64,000 nt of DNA, taken from assembly GCF_001194135.2 (NCBI RefSeq), contig NC_068981.1, positions 156,776,593 through 156,840,592 on the forward strand, in the 5' to 3' direction. The notes under the pieces are model-generated. The model ran no database searches, was not told the origin of the DNA, and worked only from the letters and a program-made list of their open reading frames with translations. The position numbers were made by a program, and so were the translations under genes. Shown in pieces: positions 1 through 12,044 of this stretch (within the stretch, counting starts at the first letter, position 1; each line of letters starts with the position of its first letter). Origin of the DNA: Octopus bimaculoides. Taxonomy: Eukaryota.

Positions 1-1399
1 TATATATATATGCATATATACATACATATAAATGTACATATAAATGTACATACTTACATCTATACGTATATACATATGCATATGTGGCCATAAGACGTCA
101 CGAAACGTGTACATCAAAAACATACGAAGTACGAGTACATGGAATATGAACTATTTTTTCGAACAACGAAAGACACAGATGGAAAACAAGACAAACAGCA
201 CAAAGAACGACCACGCATAAGTTTTTTGGCTGTTTTTCTAATTTCGTATTTCGAGCATATTGTTGTTAACAACAATATGTGCTTTCGATAAAACAGTTAC
301 TCCCGCAAAGCAAATTAAATAAAATTTGGGATTTTGCAGAGGGTCAAAATTGGTAACACAAACAGGACAGTGAACGTCATCTTAAACATAATATTCTGAA
401 AGGCGATGCTACCATGAAGATAAGAACCATGACGCAAGTGGTATATCAGGCATGCCAAGATACTTTTGGTGTGAAGGAAAGCAAAAGTAACAAGCAGAAC
501 GACCCTAGTCAGATGGCAGGATTGAGGAAAGAGCTAAGGCAGCTGTAGAAGTGGATAACGAAGCAAAGTGGCTTTAAACCAACTAACAATGAAGTTACGA
601 AGAAACGTGCTCCGACGTCCCAGAAAAAAATGTAATAACTTATCAAACACTTATCTTAAGCAAAAGGCAACCACACAACCTAAAGAAACTATTAACAAAG
701 TCAAAATTCAACATGAGCAAACAGGATAAAACATTCACAGTATCCAAGTGTAATGATAATAGATGTGGAACGTGTCAATACATGCACACTGGTAGATCCA
801 TTAGAACAAAAAAATGAAGATTTTCGCAAATGCAAATATGAACTGCAAAAATAGAAATTTGATCTATTGCTTTAAATGCCCGAATTGCGAGGAACTACAT
901 ACGGGCGAGACAAGGAATGCAGTATCAGAACACTCACGAGTCCACAGACACCATATATATATGTATATATATACATGTATTCAATAATAGGATAAAATCT
1001 TTTACAAGAATTTATCAAGTAGCTAGCGTGAAAAAAACCTCATAAGGGGAAAAAAACACCATCATTTATTCCCTAGGATATATTTATTTATATTTATATA
1101 AGGGCATTACTATAGAATAATGCCTCACGCTATGAGGGACTGCTAAGGTCAAACTACCATAATAAACACATTTTTACCGAACGCGAGGAAATGCAACTCT
1201 CAAAAGTTTGCCTCTTAAAAACAGACTGAATTATATATCGAACGATTTCGAGGTTATTATAACAATATATAACTTCTGCTCGTCAGTATAGTATGGTCAA
1301 GATACATAAAAATAAACAAAAGATTCAACATACCGAAACTAACACCTCATGTATCCGGCATAATACATAGAAGATTGTTCATCTCAAGCCTCTTGATAC

Positions 1400-2396
1400 G
1401 ATCCTCTGGCATCAGTTTGCTAACTGACATCGTCAAGTGTAATTGTACTGCCACGTGGTGCGTTTTTGTTTTGCAGTACTTCCCTCATGCTCGTCGATTT
1501 TTGTGATGGCTAAAACGAAGGAACAGCGTACTTTCGTGAAATAGTGTTTTCTGTTTTCTTCAGACAGCTTACAAGGACGCTGCCATGAGCAAAACAGAAG
1601 TTTACGAGTGGTTTTCATGCTTTAGGGATGGTCACCTGAAGACCAACCTCGTTCAGGGCGACCGTCGACCTCGCGAACCAATGAAAACATCACGGAAATT
1701 CATGAACTTGGAGGACCGTCGTCGAACAAGTGACGAACTTGATGATATGACTGGTGCATTCTGGAGTCCTGCCAACGAATTTTGAGCAAGAAATTGCGAA
1801 TGAAAAGAGTCGCAGTAAAATTTGTGCCTCACTTACTCACGGCAGATCAAAAGCAGTCATGACTGAATGCTTGTTGTGAACTGAAAGAACAGCTGGAAGT
1901 TGATCTGGACCTTTTTCTGAAGGCCAGCACTGGTGACGAAAACTGGTGCTACGGCTACGACCCAGAAACGAAGCAGCAATCATGTCAGCGGAAGCATTCA
2001 ATGTCACCACGCCACCCCAAAACGCGTCAAGTAAAGTCCAATGTCAAAACGATGCTCATTTGCTTCATCGATGCGAGAGGAATTGTCCACACATAATTTG
2101 TTCTTCCTGGTCAAACTGCTAACCAGACATATCTTACTAAGCAGTTTCGAAGCGTTTACGAGACGCGATGAGACGAAAACATCCCGGCCTGTGGCAAAGT
2201 GAAGAGTGATGGTTTCATTAAGACAATGCGCCTGCGCACACCGACTTGAGTGTGAGACAGCTTTTGCCAAAAATGGCATGGTCCAGTTTACCTACCTTCC
2301 CCTATTCGCCAAATCTTGCTCCCTGCGACTTTTTTCTGTTCTCCGAATAGAAAAAGTATTTAAGTAAAACATTTTGCTGATGTGGTGAAGGTGAAA
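1400..2396 (+). mobile_element. Decayed mariner (DD34D) transposase, truncated by an assembly gap
   Basis: Frameshifted translation: MAKTKEQR...AYKDAAMSKTEVYEWF...MKRVAVKFVPHLLT...TGDENWCYGYDPETKQQS...H*DNAPAHT...PYSPNLAPCDFF. Confidence 0.9.
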
Positions 2397-3301
2397 NNNN
2401 NNNNNNNNNNNNNNNNNNNNNNNNNNNNNNNNNNNNNNNNNNNNNNNNNNNNNNNNNNNNNNNNNNNNNNNNNNNNNNNNNNNNNNNNNNNNNNNNNNNN
2501 NNNNNNNNNNNNNNNNNNNNNNNNNNNNNNNNNNNNNNNNNNNNNNNNNNNNNNNNNNNNNNNNNNNNNNNNNNNNNNNNNNNNNNNNNNNNNNNNNNNN
2601 NNNNNNNNNNNNNNNNNNNNNNNNNNNNNNNNNNNNNNNNNNNNNNNNNNNNNNNNNNNNNNNNNNNNNNNNNNNNNNNNNNNNNNNNNNNNNNNNNNNN
2701 NNNNNNNNNNNNNNNNNNNNNNNNNNNNNNNNNNNNNNNNNNNNNNNNNNNNNNNNNNNNNNNNNNNNNNNNNNNNNNNNNNNNNNNNNNNNNNNNNNNN
2801 NNNNNNNNNNNNNNNNNNNNNNNNNNNNNNNNNNNNNNNNNNNNNNNNNNNNNNNNNNNNNNNNNNNNNNNNNNNNNNNNNNNNNNNNNNNNNNNNNNNN
2901 NNNNNNNNNNNNNNNNNNNNNNNNNNNNNNNNNNNNNNNNNNNNNNNNNNNNNNNNNNNNNNNNNNNNNNNNNNNNNNNNNNNNNNNNNNNNNNNNNNNN
3001 NNNNNNNNNNNNNNNNNNNNNNNNNNNNNNNNNNNNNNNNNNNNNNNNNNNNNNNNNNNNNNNNNNNNNNNNNNNNNNNNNNNNNNNNNNNNNNNNNNNN
3101 NNNNNNNNNNNNNNNNNNNNNNNNNNNNNNNNNNNNNNNNNNNNNNNNNNNNNNNNNNNNNNNNNNNNNNNNNNNNNNNNNNNNNNNNNNNNNNNNNNNN
3201 NNNNNNNNNNNNNNNNNNNNNNNNNNNNNNNNNNNNNNATATATATATATATATATATATAGGGAGAGAGAGAGAGAGAGAGAGAGAGAAACATATATAT
3301 A

Positions 3302-4196
3302 CATGAGGGGACTAAAAAAATATCCGCATTTTCACCAAAACTTTCTTTAGATTAGCCGCGCTGCTTTCGGCGCTCGCGTGCAGTGTTAAAAGATGGGACT
3401 TTCGTGGCTACACAACCGAAGATTTTATCTTGTTACAGAGAGACATAGCCTCTCCGTTGGCAGTGTACCCTAAGGAAAAACAGGGATCAATGATTTGATT
3501 TCTCTGGTCTGAATGTATGTCAGGGGGTGAAATCTATCGCAGGTTTTCAGTACAATACCGTGATAGCTCTCTATCATGTAGAAGTGCGTATGAGTGGATC
3601 GAGAACGCCGACCAAGCGTAAAGCACGAAGAGGGAGTAGGACGGCCATCAACCTCCACCGCACATGTGAAGGTTCAGCAAGCTCGGGAGATGGTTCTAGC
3701 GAGCCGACGAGTGGTCATCGATAAGGCGGCATGTTCTCTGCAAATTAGTCATGGTTTTGCTTATGAAATCATCAACGACAAGCTTTGCTTCTGTAAAATC
3801 TGTGCGAGATGGCTGCCAAGACAGCTTACCGAAGAGTTTGAGCGCAATGGTGTGGAGATTTGTCAACGCTTACTCAACCGCTACAGCGATGAAGGCGAAG
3901 CTTTCGTGGAGAGAATAATCAAAGGAGTTGCGACCTGAGTTCATCAGCAGAACCCAAAAAGCAAAGTATGGAGTGGAAACACCTGGAATCGCCTGCGAAA
4001 AAGGAATTCAAGATTCAACCTTTCCGAGAAAAAATTGATGCAAAAGTACTTATACTTGAACATTACCTGATAAAGGGGTCTACAGTTACCAATGTAGGCT
4101 ACATTGAAATTCTGACCAGCAAAGCGAAACAAGCAATTTGCAGCAAACGGCGAGGTTCATTACCAAACCAAGTGTTATTGTTGCACGATACTAAAC
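3302..4196 (+). mobile_element. Decayed mariner element (second family), 3'-truncated at a (CA)n tract
   Basis: FLWSE...EIYRRFS...QISHGFAYEIINDKLCFCKICARWLPRQLT...MEWKHLESPAKKEFK...VLLLHD. Same family as 19820-21114. Confidence 0.88.
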
Positions 4197-4197
4197 A

Positions 4198-4259
<62 letters not shown>

Positions 4260-4277
4260 CATACATATATTTATACA

Positions 4278-4428
4278 TGATGGCTTCTTTCAGTTTCCGT
4301 CTACCAAATACGTTGACAAGGCTTTGGTCAACCCCGGGTTTTATAGAAGACAATTGCGTAACGTGCCACGCAGTGGTACAGAACTTGAACCATATGACTG
4401 GGTAACAAACATTTTACCACTCAGTGGT
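4278..4428 (-). mobile_element. tRNA-derived SINE family A (5' module)
   Basis: Reverse complement of the ...GACCAAAGCCTTG...TTTGGTAGACGGAAACTGAAAGAAGCC module, which recurs at 9421, 17880, 18905, 21715, 22434 and 56133. Confidence 0.8.
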
Positions 4429-5047
4429 GAAAGGTCATGTCATGTAAAATTCTACACCTTTCACAGATCATTTTCAACTTGGTTATTACACGTATCAGGA
4501 AATTAGTATTTGACCTCATATATTTTATTGTAATGAAACTAAATTATGTCCAGAAAATTGCTGCTTCAGTTACTGCTGCGATTATTTATATATATATATA
4601 TATATATATCCTCTTCGACAACTTGAGTCTATCATTGTTATTTTCTATGCAGTACGAAGTTTTGATACCACTTTAAAGCGATATAGCTTACATTATTTTC
4701 CTAAGCATATAAAAATTTAAAATAATCTCCCCGTCTTCATATTTTCTTCATATGAAAATCTCAGGTATTCGTTCTTTCATACAGTTAAAATTTTTTCCGT
4801 GTGCGCATCACACATATACCAATATATTGCTTCATATCAAACATATTTGGTCTTAAGCCACCATAGCCAGTTATTGAAAGGTAGTTGGCAATCTGATTTA
4901 GAAAATGTACAATATGAATAAACAATAAACATTATAAAAGAGACAAAAAATACAACTTTAATCTTTTTAGTAAAAGATGACGTCAGAGAAAGAACAAGGA
5001 GATAAAATATAAGGCGAAGTGTCTATGTATATGTCTTCGTGTGCATG

Positions 5048-5080
<33 letters not shown>

Positions 5081-5166
5081 TTGTGTGTGTGTGTATGTGT
5101 GTGTGTGTGTGTGTTTATGTGTGTGTGTGTGTGTGTGTTTGTGTGTGTGTGTGCATTACGTGTAGC

Positions 5167-5172
5167 TTTATT
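5167..5172 (-). promoter_or_regulatory. Candidate polyadenylation signal (AATAAA)
   Basis: AATAAA on the minus strand about 40 nt after the stop codon. The hexamer is common in AT-rich DNA, so this is only a candidate. Confidence 0.3.
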
Positions 5173-5211
5173 TAAACAGCATTCAATTTAGATATCCTAT
5201 AAAGAATGTAA

Positions 5212-5843
5212 TTAATGATCTAAGGGTCTTATTTTCATTTCAGTTGCTTTTAGCTGTTCGTATTTCCAACTGTTCCAGGCTATGCCACGGAATTTGGCAT
5301 ATGATTTACGATGATATAATCCGTTAAGCATGGCCCGCCAACAATTTGTAAACCACCATCCGCCGTCCCATTGTGATGCACAATTGACACGCGCGTGTTT
5401 ATCATTATCTCTGTCCATTGTGCTGAAAAAGGCATAATTGTGCAAGTAGAAGCTGTTACGTGCAGTTCCGCTGAATGACGATACGTGCAATCTATATTTG
5501 TCTCGCTCTCCTTCGATTTTAAAACTTTGATACGTCGCATAGGCACGGTTTCCGCTGAAATCCCATAAATCAATTCGCAGTTCGTATGCTTTCTGATTGC
5601 TGAGAAGAAAAATGTTTTGGTTTCCTAACCAGAACTCGTTACTAACATCACCAAAACCAGTTTTATAATCCAACCATTTGCGATTGAAATTTTCAGTGCC
5701 ATCCGCTCGACGCTGGAATAACAACCACCCACCACCATCAGTATCCATATCACACCAGACAGCCAAACTGCAAGTTAGGCCATCTGGTTGTATTTTATAA
5801 ACTCCTGATGCTTTGTGGCCGGCTTTATAAATAGCTGAGCAAT
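5212..5843 (-). CDS. Terminal coding exon encoding the complete fibrinogen C-terminal (FReD) domain of the same protein
   Basis: Acceptor TTTATTTATTTCAG|AT at 5844/5843. The leftover G from exon 1 plus AT gives Asp: ...[53 protein letters not shown]...FGDVSNEFWLGN...FSTMDRDND...CASQWDGGWWFTNC...LNG...ATEMKIRPLDH*. All hallmark FReD motifs are intact with no stops. Confidence 0.95.
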
Positions 5844-6484
5844 CTGAAATAAATAAAAGAAATAATCAAAATTAATCTTTCATGTTTTCATGAGACAATG
5901 CTATTGTATAAATATTTCACTTGTGTAACTAACTATTAAGTATAGATTGTTTGCTAGATAAATCACTGGGTACAGGACTTCAGATATTTTATGTATAAAT
6001 ACTTATGGAGATCTCCATTTTGCTTATTGTAAGCCATGTGTGGATTTGATCTCTGCACATCAAGTTAACAAAACAGACAACTCTGTAGTCAATGAAGAAG
6101 TCTCAGCTTCAACACTCTATAGACTAGAAATTAGCGGTTAAATCTTTCTCAAATCAATCTTTGATATACAAAACAAAACAAAAAAAAAACGAAATTGTCA
6201 TGGATGGAACACCTTTCATCATAGGTCTACTCGATCAGGGCTAACCTGTTCTAAACAAAAATGTCTCAACCCATAGGTAGCCTACAAGTGAACCCTTATA
6301 CAAGCACTCAATTTCCTACAAATAACAGGCAAAATATCGTTCATATCCCACTCTACCATCTTGGCAAAAGGAAACAGTGAATAATGTAATCCTACATCCA
6401 GTATGTCGTACAAAAAGATGGTGTGTTTACAGTTTGAACACCTATTATCATAGGTTTTGTCAATCAGAGATAACTTGATGTTAA

Positions 6485-6830
6485 ATAACGGTTTCAAATT
6501 TTGGCACACGGGAAACAATTTTGCGGGGTGGGTACGTCTATTACATCGACCGTAGCTCTAAACTAGTACCTATTTTATTGACCCGAAAAGATGAAAGGCA
6601 AGTCGACTTCGGAAGAATTTGAACTCAGAACGTGAAGCTGTAAGAAATGCCGCTAAGAAATACCGTTCGGTGGGCTAAGGATTCTGCCAGCTCGCCGCTG
6701 GGAAATAGCGTCGAAGTCCACTTTGCCTTTCATCCTTTTAGAGTCAATAAATAATTACCAGTTGAGCAATTGGGTTGATGTAGTCGACTTATACCTTCTC
6801 CCGAGATTGCTGGCCTTGTATCAAAAATTT
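6485..6830. mobile_element. SINE family B: minus-strand copy (about 6485-6700) abutting a plus-strand partial copy
   Basis: GGCGAGCTGGCAGAA...TTCTGAGTTCAAATT...GTCGACTTTGCCTTTCATC motif shared with many copies in the window. Confidence 0.7.
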
Positions 6831-6904
6831 GAAACCAATATTAATATTATTTTGCCTAAGTTCCATAGAATCTCAAACCCATATCATAAGATCAATAAAT
6901 TAAC

Positions 6905-7829
6905 ACGTTATTTCCCTTGGCTTCTGCACTGGCGTTGCTTGAAAGGTAGTAAAACTCTTCACAATATATTCAAACTTCCAGTTTCTTTGAGTGAAACATG
7001 TGTGTGCAATGTTCCACCAAATTCTGATCAAGGAAACACTCTTAGGCGAGTAAAAGTCTTCATTATTGACGAAGCTTCAATGACATCAGTTTGTTTTGAA
7101 AGCTATAGACAATTGTTTTAGAGATATTATGAATAGTAATAGAATATTTGGTGGGAAAATTATCGTACTGGGAGGAGATTTTAGATAAGTTCTTCCAGTT
7201 GTTCCCAGAGCTCCTCCTGCAGCTGTACTTGATGCCTGCCTCAAACGGTCTTCTATGTGGGATAATTTTCATCAAATGCAACTTACGCAAAATATGAGAA
7301 CAAATGCAAATAAGCAAGAATTTTCGAGGTGGCTACTACAACTTGGAAGTGGATTTCTTCAAAGCTCTCTTGATAATCTCGCAAAAGATACTATTGATAT
7401 TCCTGAGGCATGCATATGTAAAAATTCTTCGGTATCTGATATATTTGACAATTGTACAGCAGAAGAAATGAAAAATAGAGATTTTTTATATCCTAAAAAT
7501 AAGGACTGCTTAGTAGTAAATGAAGAAATTCTAAGTAGACTTCCCACTGAGACTAAGACATATTTAAGCACTGACTGATAAAGAAGAAGCCCAGAATTAT
7601 CCCTTGGACTTTATAAACTCTCTTACACCTTATTATGCTTCTTAGGAACCTCTCTATAACACAAGGTCAATACAACGGAACTCGCATCGAAGCATCAATT
7701 ATAAGTAGATCTCATTCTCACAGGAGAGAACTGATTCCAAGAATCAAACTTATTCCAAGCGATGCAAACATTTCATTCGTTCTGCCTCGGACCCAGTTCC
7801 CGGTTCGTCTGTCCTATTCTATGCATTAG
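6905..7829 (+). mobile_element. Helitron RepHel fragment (PIF1-type helicase), pseudogenised
   Basis: KTLHNIFKLP, VFIIDEASM, FGGKIIVLGGDFR*VLPVV, LTQNMR, FSRWLLQLGSG, LYPKN, MLLRNL...NGTR, PRIKLIPSD, QFPVRLSYSM: Helitron/PIF1 helicase motifs broken by stops and frameshifts. Confidence 0.88.
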
Positions 7830-8098
7830 AAGAGTGTATCCTTCTTTTTAATGAAATGGTATTGAGAAATGGAAGCCAATAAGTTGAGAAGTTTTCTTGA
7901 GTTGTGAGTTTAATCTGTTTGGCTCTTATACCGCATAGCTGTTGTACGAAAGTTTGACCAATGTAATTAAGAATATTATGGTTTGATGGATTAGACGTGA
8001 ATGGAAAACTTGAGAAAGCTTATAAAAATTAGATTACGAATATATTTGCATAGACATGGACTTTTTATGTGTGTGTGTGTGTGTGTGTNNNNNNNNNN

Positions 8099-8465
8099 TG
8101 TCTGTGTCTGTGTCTGTGTTTGTCCCCCCACCATCGCTTGACAACCGATGATGGTATGTTAACGTCCCTGTAAATTAGAATAAGTACTAAGCTTTCAAAG
8201 AAAGAGTCCTGGGGTCGATTTCTTCGACTAAAGGCTGTGCACTAGCATGGGAGCAGTCAAATGACTGAAACAAATAAAAGAAAATAATAAAAGAATGTAT
8301 ACAACAGGCTTTCTTTCAGTATCCTTGTATCTATGTTTGTCTCCACCACCGCTTGACAACCGGTGGTGGTGTGTTTACATCCCAGTAACTTAGCTGTTCG
8401 GCAAAAGAAACCGACAAAATATCAGGGTAAAAAAATCCTGGGGTTGATTCGTTCGACTAAAAATT
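8099..8465 (+). mobile_element. Two SINE family A 3' modules following (GT)n
   Basis: CGCTTGACAACCG...CTGGGGTCGATT...CAGTCAAATGACTGAAAC module, also seen at 21860-22030 and 22660-23228. Confidence 0.7.
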
Positions 8466-9386
8466 ATATATATATATGTTACCTTTTGTTTCCATCATTA
8501 GACTACGACTGTGCTGGGGTACCGCCTTGAAGAATTTTTAGTCGAACGAATCAACCCCAGGATTTTTTTACCCTGATATTTTGTCGGTTTCTTTTGCCGA
8601 ACAGCTAAGTTACTGGGATGTANNNNNNNNNNNNNNNNNNNNNNNNNNNNNNNNNNNNNNNNNNNNNNNNNNNNNNNNNNNNNNNNNNNNNNNNNNNNNN
8701 NNNNNNNNNNNNNNNNNNNNNNNNNNNNNNNNNNNNNNNNNNNNNNNNNNNNNNNNNNNNNNNNNNNNNNNNNNNNNNNNNNNNNNNNNNNNNNNNNNNN
8801 NNNNNNNNNNNNNNNNNNNNNNNNNNNNNNNNNNNNNNNNNNNNNNNNNNNNNNNNNNNNNNNNNNNNNNNNNNNNNNNNNNNNNNNNNNNNNNNNNNNN
8901 NNNNNNNNNNNNNNNNNNNNNNNNNNNNNNNNNNNNNNNNNNNNNNNNNNNNNNNNNNNNNNNNNNNNNNNNNNNNNNNNNNNNNNNNNNNNNNNNNNNN
9001 NNNNNNNNNNNNNNNNNNNNNNNNNNNNNNNNNNNNNNNNNNNNNNNNNNNNNNNNNNNNNNNNNNNNNNNNNNNNNNNNNNNNNNNNNNNNNNNNNNNN
9101 NNNNNNNNNNNNNNNNNNNNNNNNNNNNNNNNNNNNNNNNNNNNNNNNNNNNNNNNNNNNNNNNNNNNNNNNNNNNNNNNNNNNNNNNNNNNNNNNNNNN
9201 NNNNNNNNNNNNNNNNNNNNNNNNNNNNNNNNNNNNNNNNNNNNNNNNNNNNNNNNNNNNNNNNNNNNNNNNNNNNNNNNNNNNNNNNNNNNNNNNNNNN
9301 NNNNNNNNNNNNTGAGGGTAGGTGGGGTATGTGGGTAGGTAGAGGTGGATTATGTGGGAGAGGGTGTAGGGGTGGGGTGTAAGGGA

Positions 9387-9420
<34 letters not shown>

Positions 9421-9422
<2 letters not shown>

Positions 9423-9577
9423 GACGGGCTTCTTTCAGTTTCCATTTGCCAAATCCACTCACAAGAACTAGGTCATCCCGGGACTATAGCAGAAGACACT
9501 TGTTCAAGTTGCCACTTGGGGAGACTGAACCCGAAATCAAGTGGTTGGAAAGCAAGCTAACTAACATACACTCGCAT
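9421..9577 (-). mobile_element. SINE family A
   Basis: ACGACGGGCTTCTTTCAGTTTCC...GACTGAACCCGAAATCAAGTGGTTGG next to (AT)n. Confidence 0.8.
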
Positions 9578-10319
9578 CTACATAGAAATAATTTTAAGAG
9601 TTAACATGAGTTACAGCTTAGATTATATTTCGTAAATTTGAATCTATAAGAGCCTCGGCAATCCTGAACACTGATAGCGCTGGTAGTGTTACAGATGATG
9701 ACAACAATGATGCCGATGATGCCAATGATGAGACAACGTTGACATCTACATTCTAGTAACAAATAAATACCAACAAATATGGTATAGTTTTCTCAGATAA
9801 TGTATATAAAAGTGCCGAGGGAAGCTGGAAAGAATGGCAAAAGCTGACTTTGCAGGTTAGCGAAGTTATGTAGATGGCAACGGAAATTATTTGAACTCTG
9901 TCTGCTGCCTTATCTTGACTTGGCCTGGATTTAATGTCGAGACATAAAATAAACTTAAACTAGTTGACATAGCAGAACGTCTGGTTTGGGAATAACGCTT
10001 GCAGCCGGTTTGTTACTCACACTCTCACGCTTCCCTCTACTGTTATTTGCTGTTGTCGTTTTGTTTTGTGTCTGTTTTTTCCTTTTAATTCCTGCTTCCA
10101 TCATACCAACAAGTTTAACGACGAGAGCATTAGCAGCCACGATATGACAGGCGATGAAATGAAAGAGAAAGGTAGAGAAAGACAAGAAACGGAGTATGAT
10201 AGACAAGGAAAGTGTGGGATGGAAAAGGAGCAATTACAGTGAAAAAAGGAAGGAAAGGATAGGATATAAGGTCAAAAGAGTAACGAAAAATTAATGGAAG
10301 ACAGACGCATGCAGATGAG

Positions 10320-10321
10320 GG

Positions 10322-10361
<40 letters not shown>

Positions 10362-10376
10362 TAGATAGATAGACAG

Positions 10377-10451
<75 letters not shown>

Positions 10452-10452
10452 T
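10320..10452. repeat. (GACA)n(GATA)n compound microsatellite
   Basis: Directly visible. Confidence 0.95.
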
Positions 10453-11524
10453 TGGACGAAGGTAGAAATAAAAGTATAAACTTAATCACAGATACACACA
10501 ACACACATAAACACATAGACAGCCTGGTGCACATATTCACAAACATATGTACATACATGTCCATATGTATATGCATATCTATCTATCTATCTGTCTGTAT
10601 ATATNNNNNNNNNNNNNNNNNNNNNNNNNNNNNNNNNNNNNNNNNNNNNNNNNNNNNNNNNNNNNNNNNNNNNNNNNNNNNNNNNNNNNNNNNNNNNNNN
10701 NNNNNNNNNNNNNNNNNNNNNNNNNNNNNNNNNNNNNNNNNNNNNNNNNNNNNNNNNNNNNNNNNNNNNNNNNNNNNNNNNNNNNNNNNNNNNNNNNNNN
10801 NNNNNNNNNNNNNNNNNNNNNNNNNNNNNNNNNNNNNNNNNNNNNNNNNNNNNNNNNNNNNNNNNNNNNNNNNNNNNNNNNNNNNNNNNNNNNNNNNNNN
10901 NNNNNNNNNNNNNNNNNNNNNNNNNNNNNNNNNNNNNNNNNNNNNNNNNNNNNNNNNNNNNNNNNNNNNNNNNNNNNNNNNNNNNNNNNNNNNNNNNNNN
11001 NNNNNNNNNNNNNNNNNNNNNNNNNNNNNNNNNNNNNNNNNNNNNNNNNNNNNNNNNNNNNNNNNNNNNNNNNNNNNNNNNNNNNNNNNNNNNNNNNNNN
11101 NNNNNNNNNNNNNNNNNNNNNNNNNNNNNNNNNNNNNNNNNNNNNNNNNNNNNNNNNNNNNNNNNNNNNNNNNNNNNNNNNNNNNNNNNNNNNNNNNNNN
11201 NNNNNNNNNNNNNNNNNNNNNNNNNNNNNNNNNNNNNNNNNNNNNNNNNNNNNNNNNNNNNNNNNNNNNNNNNNNNNNNNNNNNNNNNNNNNNNNNNNNN
11301 NNNNNNNNNNNNNNNNNNNNNNNNNNNNNNNNNNNNNNNNNNNNNNNNNNNNNNNNNNNNNNNNNNNNNNNNNNNNNNNNNNNNNNNNNNNNNNNNNNNN
11401 NNNNNNNNNNNNNNNNNNNNNNNNNNNNNNNNNNNNNNNNNNNNNNNNCACACACACACACACACACACATTCACACACGCACGCACGCAAGCACGCACA
11501 TATTTGTGAAAGTTTTTGTGACAA

Positions 11525-12030
11525 GAAGCTTGCTTGCCAATCTTTTTGCTAATACCTTGGCTGAAAATTCCTTATTCCTGAGCAGTGTTACTACACCCCT
11601 GCTAACAGCACTAGAAATTCTTCCGTTCTGCTGCCAGTTACGGCAAACGTCTGCCAAAAGGCCGCCAAGCAAATCCGGCATGAACATATAGAATCCATAG
11701 GACAGACCACCCAAACTGGGCGTGTTGCGACTTGGGCAATCGTGCATCGTCTCCCGTATTTCAGGAACAGTTATCGGCTTTTCGCAGAACCTCGCGTTCG
11801 CTGCGGCAGGCCGTCTAGATACAAACTAAAATCTGCTACTGTCGTTGACCCACTGCTCTCCCCACACAGCCGAGCGAAGTACTGTTGGAAAGTTGCACAC
11901 ATCTGCTGGTAATCGTGACCTTGTTGCTGCATCGAGTCTCCACTGCTCGGGCCCATCGGATGGTTTTAGTTCCTTCGTGTCAGAGTGCAGAGGTCTTATC
12001 TCTGACAACGCAGCCTTCTTGTTTCGTCTC
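11525..12030 (-). mobile_element. L1/Tx1-clade LINE ORF2 fragment (linker and start of RT)
   Basis: EGCVVR...IRWARAVE; FQQYFARLCGE...DFSLYLDGLP; ETMHDCPSRNTPSLGGLSYGFY...DVCRNWQQNGRI...RGVVTLLR...AKVLAKRLA. Matches the Tx1-type SPGxDGLPxEFY and KILAKxLAxRL regions. Confidence 0.7.
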
Positions 12031-12044
12031 AAAGAAATGGTCAA

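Noticed and set aside
400-650. Possible R2/HERO-like LINE remnant (QACQDTFGVKESKSNKQ...LRKELRQL)
   Set aside because: Only a vague resemblance with no catalytic motif; it cannot be supported without a search.
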